DNA of 64,000 nucleotides, taken from assembly GCF_009914755.1 (NCBI RefSeq), contig NC_060928.1; one strand, written 5' to 3'. A program made the translations under genes and the position numbers. The stretch comes from the human T2T-CHM13v2.0 reference genome, Homo sapiens. This document shows positions 12,835 through 27,305 of this stretch, in pieces; the first letter of the stretch is position 1, and each line of letters opens with the position of its first letter. The notes below the pieces were generated by a model that did not search any database, was not told where the DNA came from, and saw nothing but the letters and a program-made list of their open reading frames with translations.

Positions 12835-13879
12835 GTCTCATGTAACCCTATAAAGAGCATAATTCTTTTATCCTTTGAATCGAAAGCAAATGGCCTCAAC
12901 CTTAAAAAACAAAGAGAAAATAATATACTGTCCTTTGCTTTTCAATACCAGGCTGAACATGATGTTTCTAAATGTTCTAGCATCAAATGTGATCAACATG
13001 CCTTCCCCTGTCTCCTTCGTGGTATTTTTATAAAGACACAGTGTTTGAAGGACATTAATCTAAATGACGGGTCACAGGAAATGAATGTGATAACAACAGG
13101 AAGTGTATTATGGAGATATGGTTCAATACAAGCAAGGTAAGATTCTGTAACTAGAAATATTAGGAGATAGTCTGGATCCCAGACCTATAAAACCATGAGT
13201 GAACCATAAAGCATTAGAACAGGGCAAGTATTCATATACTAGATGAGGCTGGGTTTTGGTAACTGTATATAAAACACATTTATTAAGCGTAAAACCTATT
13301 GGCCAAGCATTATGCTAGCCTTTGAAGATATACATATGAATGAAACCTGCCCTCAGGAAATTAAAAGTCTTATGGGAGGTAGCCTCTTCAACTGATAGCA
13401 ATGAGATAACTAATTTTTGAATTATAAAAAGCCTGTATAAATTATGAAAAGTACCTTGAATGATTATGATTCATTTACTGCAATAACTGAAATCATGTTA
13501 CTCTTCCACTCTCCCTGCAATGTATCCTCTTAATTCAGATGCCTCTAAGGTCAATGTAATCCAATCTCTATCAGTTTTTCACAGATGCTGGAATTTTGGA
13601 TAGCCCTGGGAGGGTGTGGCTGGGGCAGAACTCACTCTGCATGGTAAAATTAGTGGTCTGATGTTAGAATGTGAGATTTCAAGGACATAGTATAAAACCA
13701 ATCATTTCACTGGTCATGATCCCTTCATTATGGATAGGATGGGGTATCTTGCTCCAATGAACTTAGGAAAGAGGAGGTCCCTGGATTCCTACTTCATATG
13801 AGACAACTTGTTTCCTAGCAGTCACCCTACAGTCTCTAGAATGAAAATGCCTTCATAGCATTTTGTGCTCCTGGTAGCT

Positions 13880-15125
13880 TAGGATAACACCAGTGACCTC
13901 CATGTGATTAGATGCAGACTTCATCCATCATCTACATTTGAAATATATGATCACCCTCTTCTCTTTAAAACACTTTCTTCTCCTGACTTCCAGAACAGAA
14001 TTATATCTTGTTTCTCCTCTACCTCACGGGCTGTTACTTTTCAGTCTGTTCTGCTGGTTCTACTTTCTCTAATGTTTCCAAGTTGGAGTGCTCAGGGCTT
14101 AATCTTAAGGCTTTAATCCTACCAATCTAGGCACCCATCTCCAGTGATCTCATCAGGACACATGGCTTCAAATAACATCAATATTTCTGATGATTCCAAG
14201 TTTATGCCTGTGGCCTGAACCATTTCTACAAACCCCAGACATGTATGTCAAATTTCCATGCAACATGTCCACTTAGATTTTTCAAATTGATAACAACAAA
14301 AATTGAGTTCCTGATTTCTCTTCTCATACTTACTTCCCTCTGCTTCCTCAATCTCCCCTCACAGTAACAGTCAATTCTGTTATTCACACTGCTCAGCCCA
14401 AAACCTTGACATAGTCAAGGTTTCCCACCCTACATCCAAATCAATAGCAAATTCTATCATATCTATTTTTGAAAGACAATAGAAAATCTCACTAACTCTT
14501 ACCACTTTCACTGAAACCATTCTCATCCAAACACCAGCATTTCTTACTTGGATTTCTGCAGTAGCCTCATACATATCACCCTTGTCTTATTACAGGTTAG
14601 TCTCATCCAACCAGGGAGTTCTTTTTAACACATCAGATTATGTCACTCCCCTACAAAGCCTTCTAGTGGTGATCCATCTCCACAAAGCAAAAATATGAAG
14701 TTCTCATCCAGTCTAATGATCTGGATTCCGTGGCATTTTTGTGATCTAATACTGCCCCTCAGTTTCTTGAATATGCAAAACATGTTCCCATCTCAGGGCC
14801 TTGGCGCTTACTGTTTTCATTGTGCTCTTTACCAAGACATTTGCACAGCTTATCCCTCACCCAATTCTCAACCACCACCACCTCAGAGAGGAGACAACAC
14901 AACTCCCTGAAATTCTCTATCTACTTTACCTTGCTTGATTTGTATTAAGTTACCATCACTTAACATAGTTGCTATATTTTTTATGTCTTTATTGTCAGTC
15001 CTTCCTCATTGTTCTGTGAGCTCTTTTAGGGAAGAGACTTTGCTTTTCTCCATCCTCTTTTATGAACCTAAAAGAGCTTCACATAATATGAATACTTGAT
15101 GATATTGATTAAATAAATAAATAAT
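13880..15125 (+). mobile_element. L2 3' region
   Basis: tgatcaccctcttctctttaaaacactttc...; L2-type pyrimidine-rich body ending in an aaat tail. Confidence 0.75.
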
Positions 15126-15879
15126 GTAAGCCCATTGAGAAGCTGGACTCATTCCACGCTACTGCATCACTGATACCCATAGGGAAGAAGAGTTGTTGTT
15201 CATGGTGCCATGTGATAGAGTTTTCACTTCTCCTAAATATGAGAAATAAATGCATTTGTCCCTGTTCATTCCAGGCACCATTAGAACCAAAGCACTCTAG
15301 ATTATCAATCAACTCCTTGATTTACTTCTGCTTACTTCTCTGCACACTCGTTAACCTTGCCCAGTTTCTTTCTATTGCTAATCTCTGCTTTATCAATCTT
15401 TTCCTCTTGGACTTATAGTCTGTCATCAGCAAAAACCCCTATATTCTGACCCTCTTCCCTAAGCCTGCCCTTCACACTCTTATTCCAATGCAAACTGGCT
15501 ATGTCTCATTGACCTAACTTTCTAGCCACTTTCTTGAGGGAAATCTTTTTTTTTCTCTCTTTTCCTCTCCTTCTCTCTAACATCCCCATATACAACAATA
15601 TCTGAGGTGAGAACAGACATTATCCTTGCTTTATACTTTTTTTGTTTTCAAAATATTTCTCCTCCCTGTGCATACAAAATTTTCCCCACCTTTAAAGTCA
15701 TAATTAGGCTCTGTCTCCTGCAACATCTCTTTGTAGCAGTTATCTATAAACCTCCATTCATTTCACTCCCTTTTTCAGGATGACTTCAGCGTATCACCCA
15801 ATCTCTTATTTTCTACCTGCTTCCCTTTCCCCTTTTGATTACTTAAACAATTCTACTGCACTTTCCAGTATGTTTTATT

Positions 15880-16200
15880 TTCCTCCATCAACAAAATGGC
15901 TATTTCAGACATTCTTCTTTCTTTTCAGATTTCCTCATAAGCAGAGGAGCTGCTGCAGTTGTGAGCTTTACATCTGCATTAACAAGGAGTATCCCCTTTA
16001 TCAGGAAGCTAAAAGCTTCTCAAAAAAACCCCGGCAGGCTGCTGTTTCTCTTTGGCCATATCTGCGGCAAATAGCTATTCCTTGCTTTAAGGAAATTAGA
16101 AAAAGTAAAAGTTTAGCTTTTCCAGCCTTTATATGAGGAGATAGCAAGGGAAAAGGGAGCAGGAATTATCTGTAGGGTTAGCCACAAGAATGCCCAACAC
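15880..16200 (-). mobile_element. Old MLT1 (MaLR) LTR fragment
   Basis: aggaagctaaaagcttctc...ttggcca...ccttgctttaaggaaattagaaaaagt resembles antisense MLT1. Confidence 0.45.
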
Positions 16201-16259
16201 AATTGTTCATCATCTACATTACAAGCAGGAAGTAAAGGCCACCACACATCTTTTTTGAA

Positions 16260-16862
16260 CAACCTTATAGCCTGCAGCTAGTCTCTATTCTTGACCTACC
16301 ACAATCCATGTTCCATGAGGCCACAGTGACCTTTGTAAAACATGCATCCAATTTGTCATTTCTCTACTAAACCCTCCAATGGTTCCAATTACATTTAGGA
16401 TAAAACCTATATTCCTTATAATGGTTTGCATAGCCCTGTCTATTCTGTGACTTTTATTTCTTACCACTCTCCAACTTGCTCTCCCTGCTTCATCAACTTA
16501 GGCTTCTTTATGTTTCTAAAGCACACCAAGATAACTCTTGTCTTGTTCCTTCTACCTGGAATGAATGTCTCTTTGATCTTCTCTTATCTCGATCCTTTTG
16601 TGATTTAGATGCTGGTTTAAATTTTCCTCCTTAGACAGGATTTCCTTGAATCCTCTATCTTAAGTAACTACCTTTTCATTATTGTGCTTTTAAGTTTTTT
16701 AACACAGAATTTATTTGGAGTTCTAAGAATTTGTTTTTTGTTCTGGTGTGTATCTGCAGTTTAACAGGGATTATCTATAGGGTTAGTCACAAGAATGTAT
16801 TTTCAGGTCCTAGAGAAGCATAGGCATCAATAGTAGGTATCAATAAATGTGTTAAATGAATA
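16260..16862 (+). mobile_element. L2 3' fragment
   Basis: ctctactaaaccctccaatggttccaatt...tagtaggtatcaataaatgtgttaaatgaat. Confidence 0.65.
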
Positions 16863-16869
16863 GCAAATG

Positions 16870-17075
16870 TACCAGTGTGCTAAACAATTAAATATGTCAC
16901 TATTAGCCTCTTTTAAAAAAAACCTTGAAAAGTATGTATTAGTATTTTTCTATTTTTCAGATAGGAAAATTGAAGCATTAAGAGAAATTAGACATGTTCA
17001 CAGTTACACTGTTTGGTTCTCTAGGATTTATCAGTGGATCATCTGACTTGGACAACCCCTATACTTCCCACTGAA
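16870..17075 (-). mobile_element. MIR
   Basis: ttttcagataggaaaattgaagc matches the antisense MIR core. Confidence 0.55.
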
Positions 17076-17192
17076 TTGTCTTAATATTTATGTTGAAAAG
17101 CAATTGATTTTACATGTTTGAGTGTATTTCTGGACTTTATTCTGTCTCATTGTTATGTTTTTTTTTCTGTCTTTATGCCCATTCCATGCTGT

Positions 17193-18016
17193 TGTTGACA
17201 AAAAGAGTCAAACTCTATAAAATATTTTAAGAGATTTATTCTGAGCCAAATATGAGTGACCATGGCCGGTGACACAGCCCTCAGGAGGTCCTGAGAACAT
17301 GTGCCCAAGTTGGTCAGGGTGTACAGCTTGGTTTTATATATTTTAGGGAGGCATGAGATATCAATCAAATACATTTAAGAAATACATTGGTTTGGTTCAG
17401 AAAGGCGGGACAACTGAAAGCAGCAGGAGTGGGGGTGTGTGGGGTGTGGGGGGCCTGAGGGGGTGGGGAGGTGGGTTTCTGGCTATAGGTAAATGTAAAG
17501 ATTTAAACATTTTCTGGCTGACAATTGGTTGAGTTTGCCTAAAGACTTGGCATCCACAGAAAGAAAATGTTCAGGTTAAGATAAAAGATTGTGGAGACCA
17601 AAGTTATTTTAAAGTCTTATAGTGGCTGTCCTTAGAGACAGCAGATGACAAATGTTTCCGATTCAGATCTTTAAAAGGTGTTAGACTCTTAGTCCATCAC
17701 TTTAGGATTGGGAGAGTCTGGAAGAAAAATATCTAGCCATGTTAATAGAGATTCTTTACAGATGCAAATTCTCCCCCACAAAGGACAGCTTTGCAGGGCC
17801 ATTTCAAAATACGTCAAAGAAACATGTTTTGGGGTAAAATATTTTGACTTTCTTCTTTGTCACATAATGTTATGCCAGAGTCAGATTGGAAAATAAGTCA
17901 CAATACATAGGGTTAAATAAAATGCATCTGATGAGAATTTGTGGTTTGTAGGGCATGACTCCCCAGACCCCTTAGGAATTGGGGCAAGATAAAAAAAAAT
18001 CAGAGCTTAGTCCTCA
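17193..18016 (-). mobile_element. MER4-group solo LTR (MER4D/E-like) inserted in an L1M fragment
   Basis: Reverse-complement homolog of 5978-6725, ending cagagcttagtcctca. The flanks rejoin as antisense L1M (ccatgctgt / tttgattact). Confidence 0.88.
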
Positions 18017-19452
18017 CATTTTGATTACTTTTGGCTTTTAGTAAGTTTTGAAATCAGGTACTATAAATCCTCCAACTTAGTTTTTCAGTTCTGAGTTCTT
18101 TGGCTTTTCGTGTAAATTTTAGCTTACCAATTTCTAAAACAACAGCAACAATGACAAATATGTTTTCTTTTTAACATTACATGTTGTCATTCAATGTAAT
18201 TCATTGAATTAATTTAATTCATTTAATTGCAAAGATTTAATTACAAAGATGATGAGAGTGAGTGGCTAAGAGAGGAGAAAATAAGCTCCATTCTCTCTTG
18301 AGACTTTAATAATCCATTTATTTATTTCTCTTCTGGAAGGCAACTTGTGATGATGTCTTAGGAAACTAGAGGAAAAAGAGTAGCAATGCAGTTAATTCTT
18401 CATCTTTTTAATTTATCATTTATAATAATAAAGAGCTTGTTTATTGGGAATATTTTTAAAGTCTACATGAGAAGCATAAGGCCATGGACAACATTTCTTA
18501 TTCAAATGTTACAGGTAATGAAGAAGGTTGTAAACGGAATTATGAGGACAGAGGTATCTTTGCAGCAGTTCAGAGTAGAGTTTAGAAGACCAAAGCAGTA
18601 TTAGATAGTGTCAGTAAAAAATTTAAAAATCAGTCATTCTCCAACTGTAAAAAATGTCAATTAATCTCAGGATAGAGATAAGACACAGTTAAAAGCTATT
18701 GAGATGAAGGAGGAAAATAATTATAAATTTGTGCAGTGTTGTTTTAAATCTCTAAATTTTATTTTCACTAACTATCAGGTAGACATACATTTTTGATGGT
18801 AAATCAATAGTTACATTATTACTTTGCTTTTAGAAATTGCTTTCTTTCTAGAAAAAGAATACCTTTTATTGCTGTAAAAATGGAATTATTATCCCCATCA
18901 ACCTAATGTCAATTTCTCATTACAAGCTATGTAGGAGAAGTTGATAGTGCCACAGTGCCTTTGAGATTCAGTTTTACGTTAGAGATCATAACTATCCAAT
19001 AGAAAAAAAATTGTAGTTTTGAGATCTCTAAATTCACACTATATCAGATAATTTAATTTTATTTCAAATTGAACGCATTCTTTGCTACTTTTCAGCATAT
19101 GTTATGTAGAAAATTGGCCACATTAGTGAGTAGATAATCAAAAACTTGAATTAACTGGTAGTTAGTGTAGGAAGGTAAAGTAGCAGGTGACACTTTACAG
19201 GGAATATGTACTATTATCTAACTATCTTCTTTATAAAATTGCTCATAATCTTAAGGGATGGTTGAAAAAATTGGAAAAATAGTTCCAACATCCTGATATA
19301 TAAAACTAAGTGTTGGAATTCAGACATATTTCTAGGAATATGTTTCTAAAAAATCCCCAAAGAAAGGGGGCAATTTTTTGGAGAATGTAGATGATGGGAT
19401 GCAGAGTATATTTTTGGCCCTGTGACTTTTCTGTCTTCTACAGTGTGTATAA

Positions 19453-19773
<321 letters not shown>

Positions 19774-19871
19774 TGTATTTCCTTTTTAACTTTAACAGAT
19801 TTTATTTGAATAGATAACATGTTTACATATTTCTGTGATGGCCTGGTTTGCCTGTCTGGTTTACAAATACC

Positions 19872-21540
<1,669 letters not shown>

Positions 21541-22664
21541 AATACCCAGGGATGTGCATTTAGAAGCTGCCAAGACATTAAGCACCCAAGAGGTTCTTTT
21601 TGGTCTGTGTCTGTGCTTCTCAGGTGGAGCTGATGGCTGTACTTTCTTGAATTCAGCAGTTGCATTTCCAGCATGTGAGGAATGTTTCTTACTGCTTTCA
21701 GGGATGGGCTTAATCTGAGAGTAACAAAACTCTTATTTCTTCCCCCTGGGGCCTTTAACACTTCAACATGTGGGACTGGGAATCATCTTTTTTAGGAAGT
21801 GAGAGAAATTGCAAGTATATCTAAACATTTTTGAGTAATACAATCTGCGAAAACAGTTTTATTATTCAACACTTCTGAAATTGAATGTGAACATGAAATA
21901 AACAAAACAAAACCAAAGCACCATAGGACTGAATGGTTTGCACAGGAGATGGAAGGATTAACTAGAAGCCTGAATATCTTTGTTGGCTTTATATACTTAA
22001 TAGGCAGCCAATAGGAAATAAATTGTAAGCAAAAGCATGTATTCCTATATGCCAGGAAAATTACCCTGTAAATACTGAATTATATGTGGCTAATCAATAT
22101 TCATAATTTATCAGATTTCTTAAACTTATATTTGTAAGAAACATCTACAGAATAGTTGTTTGGCTTCATTAACTTTTGATTCTTATGTAGATATATATTT
22201 ACATGTTTTGATGGTGTTGAAAGGCAATTCAATTGTAAATAATAATTTCAAAATATTTCTGCAGAGAAAATGTTAACCCTAAAGTTCGGAATGATTGTAG
22301 AAAAGTAAAACATCTTGAAAGCTCTTTCTAAGGAAGTAAAAATTAAGACCAATTTATTAGTAAAATAATTTATTAAGTCCAGATCCTAATTTTATGTAAC
22401 TTGAAGCCTTTAACATATATTTTAATAGTTCTGTCAAATACCTATTAATCTTTAAAATATCCTAAAAATCTTTTTAAAATTCTGGATTTCTCCTCTATAA
22501 TTTAGATTAAATAATGATAAAGGGCAGACAAAAGATGATAAGTCCTTTAAGGAAAATATATTTACTTCACATAGGTTTTATATTTTTTGTAATACTCCCA
22601 GAATCATAAAATATAGATTTTTATATAATTTAACAGTGTTTGGCAAAACATTTGGCATATGATA

Positions 22665-23190
22665 GTTGTATCCTTCTGGATTTTGGGTTGCAAGCCATAA
22701 ACACAACATCTGGCTAAGTTATAAGAAAAATAATTTATTGGAAGTGTATGCGGCTGTCACTCACAGATTTGATGGGAAGACTGGAGAGAATCAGGCTCAG
22801 AAAATGGAAAGGAAACAAGAAAGCCTCAGCATCAACATTCTCAGCTCTGGTCACATTGTAGAGTTGTCTAGTGTGATCTCCATGGCCAAACACCACTGCT
22901 GCTGCAAGCTGCCAATGGGAATAAATATATCTTTTTTAGGAAGTGAGCCTTTGTCTTTAGATCCCAAGCTCAACATTCAGCATCCTAGGTAGCAGCATTT
23001 AATCTGCTGAATCTAGGTCAAGTGCCTGCATCCTTACTTCCAGGAGTATGGAGAGACAGGGTCTGATCCCCTTCAGCTTGCCAACTTGCACTCCAACCAA
23101 GACTTAAACAATGGAGGAATTTCCACCACCAAATAGAAAGAGGTTTTGGACAAAGGGAAACTAAGCAAAAACAGATGTCATCTAAATGTG
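22665..23190 (-). mobile_element. Old MLT1 LTR
   Basis: tttgggttgcaagccataaacacaacatctggctaagttataagaaaaataatttattgg is an antisense MLT1 terminus. Confidence 0.6.
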
Positions 23191-23209
23191 GCATCCCATA
23201 TTATACAGA

Positions 23210-23872
23210 CAGTTGATTCTTGTTATTTGCAGTAGTTATAGTCTATAAAGTCACTGAAAACACTGAATTAGAGAGTGCTAAGCAATTACCTTTAGAGAAA
23301 ATACAGGTATAGTTTCCTGTGAACCTCTGGTCACAATATTTTCATCAACCAATCGATACATAACCTTGCTTTGTGTGTGTTTCTCTTTAAAGACGCCTTA
23401 TTTAATATATATTGTTGATTCAACAACATTGAACTCTTGGCCAACAGCGTTATAACTCATGCCTGAGCAAAGCTTATCTAACACGTCTTTTCTCCGTAAG
23501 TCACATCATAGCTTTGTTGCACTTAGAAATGCTAGATAGCACTTGGGCACTCTGTTGGGGGCCATTTTAAACAGCAAAATTACCAACAAACAGCACAAAA
23601 ATGCAAACAATGTAACACTAGACAGACCTCAAAAAGCACACTGGTTTACAGTGTGAGAGCTGAAACAAGAAGGCAGAGCATGAACTTGTTCAACATCTGC
23701 TGGGAATGTGAGCATCGGGTAGCCCCAATTTTCTGCTTCTCTGCAGATGAGCATGTCTGCGAATGGCAGCAGAAGTGACATGAATATTGATTTGGGGCTA
23801 CAAATAAATTTGCCCCAAATTTATGTTTCTGTATTCACAAATATAAAATCTGTGAGCAATGAGGATAAGCTG
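23210..23872 (+). mobile_element. MER82 (TcMar-Tigger)
   Basis: TIRs cagttgattcttgttatttgc / gtgagcaatgaggataagctg-ta; about 660 bp. Confidence 0.8.
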
Positions 23873-25297
23873 TATATATGTGTGTGTGTGTTAACAAATA
23901 TACATACCTAACAAATACTACTGTTTTTCAAACTGTAAAACATATACATGCATGTAAAAGCTGGGATTATGTAAGTCAGTGATATAGCATATACAAAAAT
24001 TCTGTACTGTATTGGCACTGAAACCACTCAATCCTGAAAATTCTTAACATATTTCCATTATTAGATAAATGTGATAATGTTAGGAGGTTATATATATTTG
24101 CTTTTTATTTGATTGTCCATGTTAAATGTTAATACTTTGAAAACCTTTTTGCATCTATGAATTTGACTATAGTTTGTGAGTTTAGTTTTACTTGGACACA
24201 TCAAAATCTTTCAGCCATTATTCAAATATTCCTTAAGAAAAACTAGTATGCATGTCCTGTAATATATTTTCAGTTTCTAAACACATTCAAAGGTAATTAT
24301 CTAACTAATTAATCATTCTCCATCTTTGTCCAAATATATAAATGTTTATTCAAAGATTAAAATAAATGTTTTATTTTTTTCACACATCTGATGAGTTGAA
24401 TAGACCTCATCAGTCAAATGACTTCCCAGGACACTTGGTAAATTAAAAATTTTGAAACACAAATAAGCCTAACTCCCATCAGCATTTCCACCTATGGTTT
24501 CTTTCTAGCAGAACTAGCAGAAAGTTGGTATAGCTTTGTGTCTTCAATACCTTAATGTTTCTAATCTTTCTTAGGTATCTCTTGGCTCACTGACTTTTGA
24601 CATTTGGTTTCTGTCAATAGAGATGATGATATAAAATACATCTTATGAGGAAATGAGGAGGAAGAGCTATCAGATCCAAAAACTATGTCCCAGATGGAAA
24701 ACCTTGCCAGTTCAACAGTTATTTGTTGGCATTGTTGGTACCTCTGGCAAAGGTGGATCAGAAGGATAGTCTTAGGACAGGTTTGAGGCAAATGTTTGGA
24801 TCAAAGATACAGGAGACTTTTACATCAACATAAGGTTGATTAAGGGAGGCAGAACCAAAAAAATTACAAGTATGAACGGTCTGCCAGACAACTCAGTTCT
24901 AGACTCCGAAGACCTGATTGAAATATATCAGAAGGTAACATTCAATATCTAAGAAATCAGAGAATGATTATGATTGATCCTAGAAATTGCAGGCTGCTTG
25001 GCCTCTGCTCCATTTATAGTACTTGCTAGAGTGGGTAGGCTCAGGTCTTGAGATATCATTTTAAGCAAGAAGGAGGTCAAAAGTTTACAGGATAAGGTCA
25101 GCTATGCTAGAATTAGCTTTTAGAAATAATAGGTCTACAATAAAATTAGATACAAATGTATGAGTTTCCTAGGGAAGGTGAATTGAGTTCTTGTAAAATA
25201 ATAGAGAGAAATGGCAGATATTCTAAGACCTAATATATTTTATATATTCATTTATCTGAAGTAAAAGCAATTTCTCATGTCTAAAGTAAAAAGAAAT

Positions 25298-25450
25298 ACC
25301 ATAATTTATTGATTCTAAGATGCACTTTTTACAATTTTTAACATCTCTGAAACCTGGAGACATTTTACCATCAATGACATCCTACAATTAAAATGGAATG
25401 ATTCTTTATCTTTAAACATAAAATAATGGGGCACCTTACAAATGGCGATG
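25298..25450 (+). mobile_element. MER104-like (TcMar-Tc2) element
   Basis: ccataatttattgattctaagatgcac...ttaacatctctgaaa. Confidence 0.55.
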
Positions 25451-25477
25451 ACCAAAATATGATAAAATATGGTAACG

Positions 25478-25695
25478 CAGACATCCCTTGATAAGCGCAA
25501 ACTGGTTCCAGGACTCCGCATATACCCAAATCCACACATAATCATTTGTAGTTGGCCCTGTGAAACCTGCAGGTATGAAAAGTTGGTCCTCTCTATATGC
25601 AGGTTTGTATCCTGTGAATACTAGGTTTGGCTGAAAAATATCCATGTATAAGTGGAGTTGCACAGTTCAAATTTGTGTTGTTCAAGGATCAACTG
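25478..25695 (+). mobile_element. MER8 (TcMar-Tigger)
   Basis: ggttccaggactcc...tataagtggagttgcacagttcaaa...tcaaggatcaactg-ta. Confidence 0.75.
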
Positions 25696-25726
25696 TATAT
25701 CCTAAATTAAAAACAAAATTCCTTAG

Positions 25727-26061
25727 TGTTAAAAAAATATAATTGGGAAGCCATTAGCCTGAGACAGTTCTAGTGCTTTGGGTTCCTATTTAAGCGAAGA
25801 GAAGTTCAACTCAAGGCAAAAAGTAAAAGGAAACTGAAGTTTAACTGAGTAGAAACTGTCAAACTAGCCTCTAATTAGGGAATTTTGATTTGAACCAATA
25901 AAAAATATTTTCTTTGCCTTGTTTCTGTCGGAAGCACCTTATAAAAGTTCCCCCTGGGTATAGCCCAACCACTTATGGTCTGACGCTGCTGGGGTCATGA
26001 ATCGCTGTTTACTCAAATAAACTATTTAAACGTTAAATGTGCCTAAGTTTACCATTTAACG
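25727..26061 (+). mobile_element. MER93-like solo LTR
   Basis: tgttaaaa...aattgggaagccattagcctgag...gggttccta...aaataaac...ttaac. Confidence 0.7.
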
Positions 26062-26099
26062 TTAGTAAAAACAGGATTGATATCTGTACAAAATATGTA

Positions 26100-26680
26100 T
26101 TTTTTAAATTGTACTTTAAGTTCTGGGATAATTGTGCAGAACGTGCAGGTTTGTTACATAGGTATACACATGCCGTGGTGGTTTGCTGCACCCATCAACC
26201 TGTCTTCTACATTAGGTATTTCTCCTCATGTTATCCCTCCCCTAACCCCCCAACTCCCCAATAGTCCCTGGTGTGTGATGTTCCCCTCCCTGTGTCTATG
26301 TGTTCTCATTGTTCAACTCCCACTTATGAGTGAGAACATGCAGTGTTTGGTTTTCTGTTCTTGTGTTAGTTTGCTGAGAATGACGGTTTCCAGCTTCATC
26401 CATGTCCCTGCAAAGGACATGAACTCATCCTTTTTTTATGGCTGCACAGTATTACATGGTGTATATGTGCCACATTTTCTTTATCCAGTCTATCATTGAT
26501 GGGCATTTGGGTTAGTTCCAAGTCTTTGCTACTGTGAACAGTGCTGCAATAAACATATGTGTGCATGTGTCTTTATAGTAGAATGATTTATAATGCTTTG
26601 GGTATATACCCAGTAATGGGATTGCTGGGTCAAATGGTATTTCTGGTTCTAAATCCTTGAGGAATCACCACACTGTCTCC
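26100..26680 (-). mobile_element. L1PA 3' end (short, truncated)
   Basis: tactttaagttctgggata...; TSD aaaatatg(t/c)attttt. Confidence 0.92.
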
Positions 26681-27305
26681 CTAAAATATGCATTTTTAAT
26701 ATAACATTTTATTATTTCAACTTAGGGATCAACGGTACCCCTTTGGATGTCTTCCTGTTGGGTCAACTTCCTGTTATTTTATACGAAATTCTTTCTGTGT
26801 GTGTATATGTGCATTTTTCTCCCTAAAGAGTCTGTAGTTTTCATCCAATTCTGAGTTAGTAATTCAAAAAGTGGAAAACATCTCAAATAATCATAGGTGG
26901 TTAATTTTTAATAGTCCAAATAATGATTACATAATAGGTGATAAATAATATTTTCTAATTATTACATTAAAGTAATTTGTATAGGTGACGTTTTTTCTGT
27001 TTTGATTCCTCATTACAGGGCAATTTTCCATAGCTTAACAGATATGAGGCCACCTAGATTTATAGCGGAATCCTTCATCTATAGCAAGAAAAAGTAGAAA
27101 GGAACCTCTACTATTTGAGTTCTCAAATACGTTGCTGTATTACATTTAATGTCTAGAAAATAGAGTCAGTTTTTATATCGACTTTAAAAATTAAGTATAA
27201 AACAAACTATACTTTTGAATAACTTCTAATTTCAAAAAATAAGATGTTCTTTTTGTAAAATACATGCAATGGTAAGAAAAAAATGTCAGACAGTATCTAA
27301 CTACA

